The position numbers and the translations under genes are program-made. The notes below the pieces were generated by a model. That model was not told where the DNA came from and did no database searches. It worked only from the letters and a program-made list of their open reading frames with translations. DNA of 64,000 nucleotides from the NCBI RefSeq assembly GCF_056746865.1, contig NZ_CM163382.1; one strand, 5' to 3'. Numbering within the stretch: position 1 is the stretch's first letter; every line of letters starts with the position of its first letter. Shown here piece by piece: positions 51,846 through 64,000 of this stretch.

Positions 51846-51965
51846 ATGCCTGGCAGTTCCCTACTCTCGCATGGGGAGACCCCACACTACCATCGGCGCT
51901 ACGGCGTTTCACTTCTGAGTTCGGCATGGGGTCAGGTGGGACCACCGCGCTAAGGCCGCCAGGCA
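51846..51965 (-). rRNA. rrfD: 5S rRNA, proximal copy of rrnD
   Basis: 120-nt match to E. coli 5S rRNA; 5' end reads UGCCUGGCGGCCUUAGCGCGG. Confidence 0.95.
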
Positions 51966-52056
51966 AATTCTGTTTATCAGACCGCTTCTGCGTTCTGATT
52001 TAATCTGTATCAGGCTGAAAATCTTCTCTCATCCGCCAAAACATCTTCGGCGTTGT

Positions 52057-54961
<2,905 letters not shown>

Positions 54962-55144
54962 TCACAACCCGAAGATGTTTCTTTCGATTCATCATCGTGT
55001 TGCGAAAATTTGAGAGACTCACGAACAACTTTCGTTGTTCAGTGTTTCAATTTTCAGCTTGATCCAGATTTTTAAAGAGCAAAACTTCGCAGTGAACCTT
55101 TGCAGGTACACTCTGAAGTATTTTTTATTTAATCACTACAGAGA

Positions 55145-55220
55145 TGGTGGAGCTATGCGGGATCGAACCGCAGACCTCCTGCGTGCAAAGCAGGCGCTCT
55201 CCCAGCTGAGCTATAGCCCC
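55145..55220 (-). tRNA. alaU: tRNA-Ala (spacer tRNA)
   Basis: Reverse complement reads GGGGCTATAGCTCAGCTGGGAGAGCGCCTGCTTTGCACGCAGGAGGTCTGCGGTTCGATCCCGCATAGCTCCACCA. Confidence 0.95.
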
Positions 55221-55262
55221 ATAACATGTAGTTAAAACCTCTTCAAATTTGCCGTGCAAATT

Positions 55263-55339
<77 letters not shown>

Positions 55340-55407
55340 GTAGAGGTTTTACTGCTCATTTTCATCAGACAATCTGTGTGAGCACTGCAAAGTACGCTTC
55401 TTTAAGG

Positions 55408-56949
<1,542 letters not shown>

Positions 56950-57074
56950 AAAAGTTTGATGCTCAAAGAATTAAACTTCGTAATGAATTACGTGTTCACT
57001 CTTGAGACTTGGTATTCATTTTCGTCTTGCGACGTTAAGAATCCGTATCTTCGAGTACCCACACAGATTGTCTG

Positions 57075-57095
57075 ATAAATTGTTAAAGAGCAGTT
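57075..57095 (-). promoter_or_regulatory. rrn leader boxA antitermination element (GCTCTTTAACAA)
   Basis: Reverse complement of TTGTTAAAGAGC in the rrsD leader. Confidence 0.6.
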
Positions 57096-57130
57096 GCGAC
57101 GCGGCTTTCAGCTCACTGTCGCGAGGTGGC

Positions 57131-57160
57131 GTATATTACGCTTTCCTCTTTCAGAGTCAA
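57131..57160 (-). promoter_or_regulatory. rrnD P2 promoter (-35 TTGACT, 16-bp spacer, -10 TAATAT, GC discriminator)
   Basis: Minus strand reads TTGACTCTGAAAGAGGAAAGCGTAATATACGCCACC. Confidence 0.7.
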
Positions 57161-57240
57161 CCCTGAATTTCAGGATTTTTTCTCTTTGTTGTTACGACCA
57201 TCTTGTGAAGTGTTTCACGTTGTCGTCTCAACGGAGGCGC

Positions 57241-57268
57241 ATTATAGGGATCCCAATTTTTTGCACAA
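57241..57268 (-). promoter_or_regulatory. rrnD P1 promoter (-35 TTGTGC, 16-bp spacer, -10 TATAAT, GCGCC discriminator)
   Basis: Minus strand reads CTTGTGCAAAAAATTGGGATCCCTATAATGCGCCTCC. Confidence 0.7.
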
Positions 57269-57400
57269 GTACTTTTTTGATCTTTTTTTCTGTTTGTTGT
57301 TTTTTCACCCTTTTTGCTGCATTCGCACACAAAACGGTGCTTTTTTGCATACTAAAAGACTTGCACAAGGCCAATAATGCACCCAAAGTCATTAGGAAAT
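57269..57400 (-). promoter_or_regulatory. A/T-rich UP element and probable Fis-site region upstream of rrnD P1
   Basis: Phased A/T tracts upstream of P1; inferred by analogy with rrnB P1. Confidence 0.45.
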
Positions 57401-57420
57401 CATTTATTGTTGAGGTGAGT

Positions 57421-57975
57421 ATGTCTGATGTTTTACGCCCATACCGCGATCTTTTTCCACAAATCGGTCAGCGCGTAATGATCGACGATAGCAGCGTCGT
57501 GATTGGTGACGTTCGTCTGGCTGATGATGTGGGGATCTGGCCGCTCGTTGTGATTCGTGGAGATGTACATTATGTACAGATCGGAGCACGCACCAATATC
57601 CAGGATGGCAGTATGTTGCATGTCACTCATAAATCCTCGTACAACCCAGATGGCAACCCATTAACCATTGGCGAAGATGTCACTGTTGGTCACAAGGTGA
57701 TGCTCCACGGCTGCACCATTGGCAATCGAGTTTTGGTTGGGATGGGCTCAATTTTACTTGATGGCGCAATAGTAGAAGATGATGTGATGATTGGTGCGGG
57801 TAGTCTGGTCCCACAAAATAAACGGCTGGAGAGCGGATATCTGTATCTCGGTAGCCCCGTCAAACAGATCCGCCCGTTAAGTGATGAAGAGAAGGCTGGG
57901 TTACGCTATTCCGCGAATAATTACGTGAAATGGAAGGACGAATATCTGGATCAGAGTAACCAGACCCAGCCTTGA
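57421..57975 (+). CDS. yrdA: YrdA, gamma-carbonic-anhydrase-like hexapeptide-repeat protein
   Basis: 184-aa product MSDVLRPYRDLFPQIGQRVMIDDSSVVIGDVRLADDVGIWPLVVIRGDVHYVQIG... with GAGGTGAGT Shine-Dalgarno. Confidence 0.9.
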   Translation: MSDVLRPYRDLFPQIGQRVMIDDSSVVIGDVRLADDVGIWPLVVIRGDVHYVQIGARTNIQDGSMLHVTHKSSYNPDGNPLTIGEDVTVGHKVMLHGCTIGNRVLVGMGSILLDGAIVEDDVMIGAGSLVPQNKRLESGYLYLGSPVKQIRPLSDEEKAGLRYSANNYVKWKDEYLDQSNQTQP

Positions 57976-58208
57976 TCATCTTCACTTTGTTCCTGAATTA
58001 AGTTTTCCGCTTCTTCTTCCAGGTCCCAGCGATGCTGACGAAAACTCGCTAACCACTGTTCTGGCGTATCTCCAGTAAAGCGATACGCCAGACTCTCGCC
58101 AGAGATCGCGCATGTCAGTTGCATACCATTCACGAGAGCGGGAAAACATACACATTTTTTATTCTCGTCCCACTCTTCCCTATCCGGAAACTGGATGGCC
58201 TGATTCAC
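57951..58208 (-). CDS. yrdB: YrdB, small DUF1488 protein
   Basis: 85-aa [47 protein letters not shown]... Confidence 0.85.
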   Translation of the reverse strand: MNQAIQFPDREEWDENKKCVCFPALVNGMQLTCAISGESLAYRFTGDTPEQWLASFRQHRWDLEEEAENLIQEQSEDDQGWVWLL

Positions 58209-59023
58209 GCTGACAACTCCTGTTGCAATAGTTTGATGACCGGTTCTACATCAGGCAGAACGCCATGCCAAAGAAGGAAGGCATGAGCCGCCTGTGCCAC
58301 CAGCATTCCTAAACCATCAGCATTACGCTTTGAGCCTCGCTGCTCACACCATGCCAGAAAAGGAGTTTTTCCTTTCTGATAGAACATGTCATAGCAATAA
58401 ATGCCAGGATGAATGAGCGATGACGGGATCGCCGGAATATCACCACTGATGCCACTGGATGTTGCATTAATAATGAGATCAAACTCATGACCTTCCAGTT
58501 CGTCCATACCCAACGCCTGAATACTGCCAGTGTGCGCAAACAATTTAGTCAACTCTTCTGCGCGAGATACCGTCCGATTAGTGATTGTCACCGCACAGTC
58601 CAGGGAAAGGAGTGGCAGTAGTACGCCGCGAGATGCTCCACCAGCGCCAATGAGCAGAATACGTAAACCAGGACGGATAAAAGACAGACGTTCCAGATCG
58701 CTTAACAAACCTATACCATCGGTATTGTCACCCAGCAGGCGTCCATCTTCTAACCGCTTGAGGGTATTAACAGCACCAGCCAACGCTGCCCGTTCAGTAA
58801 GCTCATCCGCTCTGGCAAAAGCCTCTTCTTTAAAAGGTACCGTCACATTCGCACCTTTACCACCAGCACTAAAGAAAGCGTTCAGTGTGTTGATGAAATC
58901 ATTGATGGGTGCCAACACGCGCCCATAGGGATGTTCAATATTCAGTTGCTGAGCAAATTGCTGATGAATGAATGGCGATTTGCTGTGGGCTATCGGATTA
59001 CCAAAAACAGCATAGGTTTCCAT
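58205..59023 (-). CDS. aroE: Shikimate dehydrogenase
   Basis: 272-aa product [39 protein letters not shown]...; the track ORF is extended 5'. Confidence 0.95.
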   Translation of the reverse strand: METYAVFGNPIAHSKSPFIHQQFAQQLNIEHPYGRVLAPINDFINTLNAFFSAGGKGANVTVPFKEEAFARADELTERAALAGAVNTLKRLEDGRLLGDNTDGIGLLSDLERLSFIRPGLRILLIGAGGASRGVLLPLLSLDCAVTITNRTVSRAEELTKLFAHTGSIQALGMDELEGHEFDLIINATSSGISGDIPAIPSSLIHPGIYCYDMFYQKGKTPFLAWCEQRGSKRNADGLGMLVAQAAHAFLLWHGVLPDVEPVIKLLQQELSA

Positions 59024-59027
59024 TATG

Positions 59028-59600
59028 TTACCCCTGTCGAAACAGTTCACCCGTCAGGGCATCGCGGATTTCTGAAGGATTTAAACGCCCCCCCGTTTCA
59101 CCAGGCACAACCGGGAACGCCGCGCCAAATTGTGCGCGAACTTCGTCTACTGTTCGACAAGGTGGCAATCCACTCAAGTTGGCACTGGTAGAAACCAGCG
59201 GTTTACCATAAGCCTGGCACAAAGCAACCACCAACGGATGGTCGGTGACTCGTACAGCAAGCGAATCAAAGCGGCCCGTCAACCAGCGCGGTGTTGTCGC
59301 AGGCGCGGGAAAGACAAAGGTGACAGGACCTGGCCAGCGGGAAAAAATGGTTTCACGCTGCGCATCAGTCAGCATGGTGTCATCAATATAGGGTTTAAGC
59401 TGCTCGTAATTTGCTGCGATTAAAATCAGCCCCTTATCAACCGGACGCTGTTTTAACTCCAACAGTCTCATCACTGCTATTTCGCTATCAGGATCACACC
59501 CAACACCGAAAACGGCTTCCGTTGGATAGGCGATGACACGTTCTTCATTGAGAACATCTATCGCAGCTGCGATAGCGTCTCCTTGCAGGTTATTATTCAC
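59028..59600 (-). CDS. tsaC: TsaC (YrdC), threonylcarbamoyl-AMP synthase
   Basis: 190-aa product from a GTG start ([40 protein letters not shown]...); the longer track ORF is an upstream extension. Confidence 0.88.
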   Translation of the reverse strand: MNNNLQGDAIAAAIDVLNEERVIAYPTEAVFGVGCDPDSEIAVMRLLELKQRPVDKGLILIAANYEQLKPYIDDTMLTDAQRETIFSRWPGPVTFVFPAPATTPRWLTGRFDSLAVRVTDHPLVVALCQAYGKPLVSTSANLSGLPPCRTVDEVRAQFGAAFPVVPGETGGRLNPSEIRDALTGELFRQG

Positions 59601-59604
59601 GTTA

Positions 59605-60147
59605 TTATTCCGCCGAAACCGGCTTTCCACATTGTTTACTGGCACAAAAGTGTTTTACACCCTGCGCGGTTTTCTTTTCGATGAGTAGCGGATAATGACA
59701 CTCAGGGCATTCTCCAGCTATGGGTTTGAAGTTAATGGCAAATTGACACTCCGGGTAGCGATCACAGGAGTGAAACGTTTTGCCATAACGGGAGCGGCGC
59801 TGGACCAGATGGCCCGTCCGGCATTGGGGGCATGTAATTGCTGTTTCGTCCGGTTTATCGATAAGTTCGGTATGTTCGCATTCAGGGTAGTTACTGCAAC
59901 CAATAAACATACCAAAGCGTCCCTGGCGTAATACCAGATTTGCGCCACATGCAGGGCAAACCTGCCCCTCCAGAACTTTGACGATATGTCCATCCGCTGA
60001 AGATTTCAGAGGACGGACGTAGTCACACGCCGGATACTGTGAGCATCCAAGAAACGGACCGTGTTTCCCGGATCGAATAACCAGTTCAGCCCCGCACTTT
60101 GGGCAGGACTCATTATTACGCACCGTGAACAGTGCTGATTTTGCCAT
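59605..60147 (-). CDS. yrdD: YrdD, topoisomerase-type C4 zinc-ribbon DNA-binding protein
   Basis: 180-aa ORF with repeated CPxCG...C zinc-ribbon motifs. Confidence 0.9.
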   Translation of the reverse strand: MAKSALFTVRNNESCPKCGAELVIRSGKHGPFLGCSQYPACDYVRPLKSSADGHIVKVLEGQVCPACGANLVLRQGRFGMFIGCSNYPECEHTELIDKPDETAITCPQCRTGHLVQRRSRYGKTFHSCDRYPECQFAINFKPIAGECPECHYPLLIEKKTAQGVKHFCASKQCGKPVSAE

Positions 60148-60175
60148 AACAACTTATGCTGAATTAAAGAAATGA

Positions 60176-60649
60176 TTAATGCAGCATACCTTCATTCACT
60201 TCAAAGAGTAATTCTTCCATTTGCTGGTACGCATTTTCGCAGCCCGGAATATTGAACAACACCATCAGGATTACCCATTTCAGGTCTTCCAGGTCGAACT
60301 CTGCGGTATCCAGCGCGAGCACTCGCTCTATCACCATTTCACGGGTTTCAAGGTTAAGCACCTGAATTTGCTCAAGGAAAAGCAGAAAACCACGACAGCT
60401 GGCATCCAGCCTTTCACACTCTTCAGGGGTATAAATACGCATGGAGAGTGGATCAGAGGCCAGTTGCATCGGTTCTGCCAGTCCTTCCTGATAATCCGCA
60501 AGCTTTTCCAGCCAAAGCAGGGCATTGTAGATATCTTCTCGATCAAATCCTGCGTCGGTAAGATCCTGTTCAAGTTTGTCTTGATCCACACGCAACTCAG
60601 CTTCTGTGTGAATATAGGTTTCAAACAAATACATTAGTACGTCGAACAT
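60176..60649 (-). CDS. smg: Smg protein (DUF494)
   Basis: 157-aa [53 protein letters not shown]... Confidence 0.9.
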
Positions 60650-61745
60650 GGCATGCCCTCCTCAATCGGACATAGCCGCCGGGTACAGCTGCGATCCATC
60701 CTGCTAACTCCAGTTCGAGTAGTTGAGTTACTACCTCTGGCACAGGTTGGCCGGCACGTTCAGCGACGACGTCAACAGGTGTTACCTCATCTCCTACGTT
60801 AGCCAGGAGCTCAGGAAATGGCAATGCCACGTCTTCCTGATCTGGTGAATAAAATGAATTTTCAGGGGCGTCTGGCAACCAGTGCAATCCAAATTGCAAG
60901 TTTTCCAGAATTTCTTCCGGTTCCGTCACAAGAATCGCACCTTGTTTTATTAACCAGTGAGGCCCTTCGCTTCCCGGATTCCCTAATGGACCCGGCAAGG
61001 CAAAAACTTCACGTCCCTGCTCAAGCGCACAACGTGCTGTCACCAGCGAACCACTGCGCAAAGCCGCTTCCACCACCAGTACACCTTTACTTAGACCACT
61101 GATAATGCGATTTCTTCGTGGGAAATTGTAAGCAAGGGGAGGAACATCGAGGGGAAATTCCGAGACAAGAGCCCCACCATGTTCAAGCAAACTGGTAGCC
61201 AGTCGGGCATGGCGACGCGGATGAATGGTATTAAGTCCATTCCCTAATACAGCAATGCTGACGCCATTTACCTGTAAGGCCGCTTTATGCGCCACACCAT
61301 CGATTCCACGCGCCAGTCCACTCGTAATTGTCACTCCACGCGTCGCCAGAGTTTCGCAAAATAATCGTCCCCATCGCTCGCCATACCATGAATGCGCCCG
61401 ACTCCCCACTACGGCAAGCTGAAATGAATGCAGCGCGTGCAGTTCTCCTTCAACAAACAGTGCGCCGGGGTAATCTGTCGTCGCAAGAAGTTGAGGAGGA
61501 TAAAATTCGCTGTCCGCAGGGATTAAATGATGGTTGGGTTGCTCCAACCAACAAAGTGAGCTTTCGATACTCTTTCGCGGAAATGAAAGAAAGCGTTGTG
61601 CCTGCCGCAATGTAAGCCCTGTTTGCTGCAATACAACCGCATCAATATACGACTGTTTTGCCAGCCAGTGAGCTATACGGACCATATCATCGCCGTACAA
61701 GCTGCTGATGCTCATTAAACGCAGCCAAATTTCTGTATCGACCAT
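60621..61745 (-). CDS. dprA: DprA (Smf), DNA-processing protein A
   Basis: 374-aa [36 protein letters not shown]...; 3' end overlaps the smg start by 29 nt. Confidence 0.93.
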
Positions 61746-61874
61746 CCTTATCTCCCTGCCATAAGCAGCCTTAGCAATCTTTGCGATTGGTCAGTGATGC
61801 TGTCAATCAGAGGGGGATTTGTCTAGAATAGAAGAAATAATCTTTCTAACTCCTGAACACATCTCTGGAGATTT

Positions 61875-62384
61875 ATGTCAGTTTTGCAAGTGTTACATAT
61901 TCCGGACGAGCGGCTTCGCAAAGTTGCTAAACCGGTAGAAGAAGTGAATGCAGAAATTCAGCGTATCGTCGATGATATGTTCGAGACGATGTACGCAGAA
62001 GAAGGTATTGGCCTGGCGGCAACCCAGGTTGATATCCATCAACGTATCATTGTTATTGATGTTTCGGAAAACCGTGACGAACGGCTGGTGTTAATCAATC
62101 CGGAGCTTTTAGAAAAAAGCGGCGAAACAGGCATTGAAGAAGGTTGCCTGTCGATCCCTGAACAACGTGCTTTAGTGCCACGCGCAGAGAAAGTTAAAAT
62201 TCGCGCCCTGGACCGCGACGGTAAACCATTTGAACTGGAAGCAGACGGTCTGTTAGCCATCTGTATTCAGCATGAGATGGATCACCTGGTCGGCAAACTG
62301 TTTATGGATTATCTGTCACCGCTGAAACAACAACGTATTCGTCAGAAAGTTGAAAAACTGGATCGTCTGAAAGCCCGGGCTTAA
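61875..62384 (+). CDS. def: Peptide deformylase
   Basis: 169-aa [27 protein letters not shown]... with [14 protein letters not shown] and HEMDH motifs. Confidence 0.97.
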
Positions 62385-62398
62385 GGATAAGAACTAAC

Positions 62399-63346
62399 GT
62401 GTCAGAATCACTACGTATTATTTTTGCGGGTACACCTGACTTTGCAGCGCGTCATCTCGACGCGCTGTTGTCTTCTGGTCATAACGTCGTTGGCGTGTTC
62501 ACCCAGCCAGACCGACCGGCAGGACGCGGTAAAAAACTGATGCCCAGCCCGGTTAAAGTTCTGGCTGAGGAAAAAGCTCTGCCCGTTTTTCAACCGGTTT
62601 CCCTGCGTCCACAAGAAAACCAGCAACTGGTCGCCGATCTACAGGCTGATGTTATGGTTGTCGTCGCCTATGGCTTAATTCTGCCTAAAGCAGTGCTGGA
62701 GATGCCGCGTCTTGGCTGTATCAACGTTCATGGTTCACTGCTGCCACGCTGGCGCGGTGCTGCACCAATCCAACGCTCACTATGGGCAGGTGATGCAGAA
62801 ACTGGTGTGACCATTATGCAAATGGATGTTGGTTTAGACACCGGTGACATGCTCTATAAGCTCTCCTGCCCGATTACTGCAGAAGATACCAGTGGTACGC
62901 TGTACGACAAGCTGGCAGAGCTTGGCCCACAAGGGCTTATCACCACATTGAAACAACTGGCAGACGGCACGGCGAAACCAGAAGTTCAGGACGAAACTCT
63001 TGTCACTTACGCCGAAAAGTTGAGTAAAGAAGAAGCGCGTATTGACTGGTCGCTTTCGGCAGCGCAGCTTGAACGCTGCATTCGCGCTTTCAATCCATGG
63101 CCAATGAGCTGGCTGGAAATTGAAGGACAGCCGGTTAAAGTCTGGAAAGCGTCGGTCATTGATACGGCAACCAACGCTGCACCAGGAACGATCCTTGAAG
63201 CCAATAAACAAGGCATTCAGGTTGCGACTGGTGATGGCATCCTGAACCTGCTCTCGTTACAACCTGCGGGTAAGAAAGCGATGAGCGCGCAAGACCTCCT
63301 GAATTCTCGTCGGGAATGGTTTGTTCCGGGCAACCGTCTGGTCTGA
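62399..63346 (+). CDS. fmt: Methionyl-tRNA formyltransferase
   Basis: 315-aa ORF (GTG start) [46 protein letters not shown]... Confidence 0.97.
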   Translation: MSESLRIIFAGTPDFAARHLDALLSSGHNVVGVFTQPDRPAGRGKKLMPSPVKVLAEEKALPVFQPVSLRPQENQQLVADLQADVMVVVAYGLILPKAVLEMPRLGCINVHGSLLPRWRGAAPIQRSLWAGDAETGVTIMQMDVGLDTGDMLYKLSCPITAEDTSGTLYDKLAELGPQGLITTLKQLADGTAKPEVQDETLVTYAEKLSKEEARIDWSLSAAQLERCIRAFNPWPMSWLEIEGQPVKVWKASVIDTATNAAPGTILEANKQGIQVATGDGILNLLSLQPAGKKAMSAQDLLNSRREWFVPGNRLV

Positions 63347-63391
63347 TAGTCCACTCTTCTAAGCCCGGTCTTGCCGGGCATTTTTATACTT

Positions 63392-64000
63392 ATGAAAAAA
63401 CAACGTAATTTACGTAGCATGGCGGCCCAGGCCGTTGAACAAGTCGTCGAGCAAGGGCAATCATTAAGCAACATTCTGCCACCGCTCCAGCAAAAAGTTT
63501 CCGATAAAGACAAAGCACTTCTTCAAGAGTTGTGCTTTGGCGTACTGCGTACGCTTTCGCAGTTAGACTGGCTGATTAATAAGTTAATGGCCCGTCCGAT
63601 GACCGGCAAACAGCGGACCGTGCATTACCTGATTATGGTTGGTTTGTATCAACTGCTTTATACCCGCATTCCACCTCATGCTGCGCTGGCTGAAACGGTT
63701 GAAGGTGCTGTCGCAATTAAGCGCCCGCAACTTAAGGGGCTGATTAACGGCGTGTTACGCCAGTTCCAACGTCAGCAAGAAGAGTTATTAGCCGAGTTTA
63801 ATGCCAGTGATGCATGTTATCTGCATCCTTCCTGGTTACTGAAACGTCTGCAAAAAGCGTATCCAGAGCAATGGCAATCCATCGTTGAAGCCAATAACCA
63901 GCGTCCGCCAATGTGGCTGCGCGTTAATCGTACGCATCATTCCCGCGACAGCTGGCTTGCATTGCTGGATGAAGCAGGAATGAAAGGTTTCCCGCATGCG
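63392..64000 (+). CDS. rsmB: RsmB (Sun), 16S rRNA m5C967 methyltransferase, N-terminal 203 codons; continues beyond window end
   Basis: Translation from ATG 63392 gives [66 protein letters not shown]..., open to the window edge. Confidence 0.9.
   Translation, partial: MKKQRNLRSMAAQAVEQVVEQGQSLSNILPPLQQKVSDKDKALLQELCFGVLRTLSQLDWLINKLMARPMTGKQRTVHYLIMVGLYQLLYTRIPPHAALAETVEGAVAIKRPQLKGLINGVLRQFQRQQEELLAEFNASDACYLHPSWLLKRLQKAYPEQWQSIVEANNQRPPMWLRVNRTHHSRDSWLALLDEAGMKGFPHA

Noticed and set aside
57094-57975. 293-aa ORF that would extend yrdA about 109 codons upstream
   Set aside because: The extension runs across the rrnD P1/P2 promoters and leader on the opposite strand and has no Shine-Dalgarno; the real yrdA start is the ATG at 57421, giving the known 184-aa protein.

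Overview
This window is a contiguous stretch of enterobacterial chromosome that I recognise, from protein and rRNA sequence recalled from memory, as the Escherichia coli (or Shigella) nanA-to-rsmB region (about 73 min on the K-12 map). No database search or alignment was possible, so all identifications rest on that recognition. Gene order is nanA(partial)-nanR-[IS1]-dcuD-sspB-sspA-rpsI-rplM-zapE-zapG-degQ-degS-mdh-argR-yhcN-yhcO-aaeBAX-aaeR-tldD-yhdP-rng-yhdE-mreDCB-csrD-acuI-[unassigned ORF]-accBC-yhdT-panF-prmA-dusB-fis-yhdJ-yhdU-envR-acrEF-yhdV-yhdWXYZ-rrnD operon-yrdA-yrdB-aroE-tsaC-yrdD-smg-dprA-def-fmt-rsmB(partial). Almost all of it is conserved housekeeping content. I found no CRISPR array, prophage, integrase, restriction or toxin-antitoxin cargo, and no convincing novel multi-gene system. 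Three things depart from my recollection of K-12 MG1655: a complete IS1 with a 9-bp target-site duplication between nanR and dcuD; a 276-codon ORF with a TTG start and its own terminator between acuI and accB; and an MreC that is 338 aa where I recall 367 aa. Coordinates for terminators, promoters and operators are from reading the sequence by eye and are approximate.
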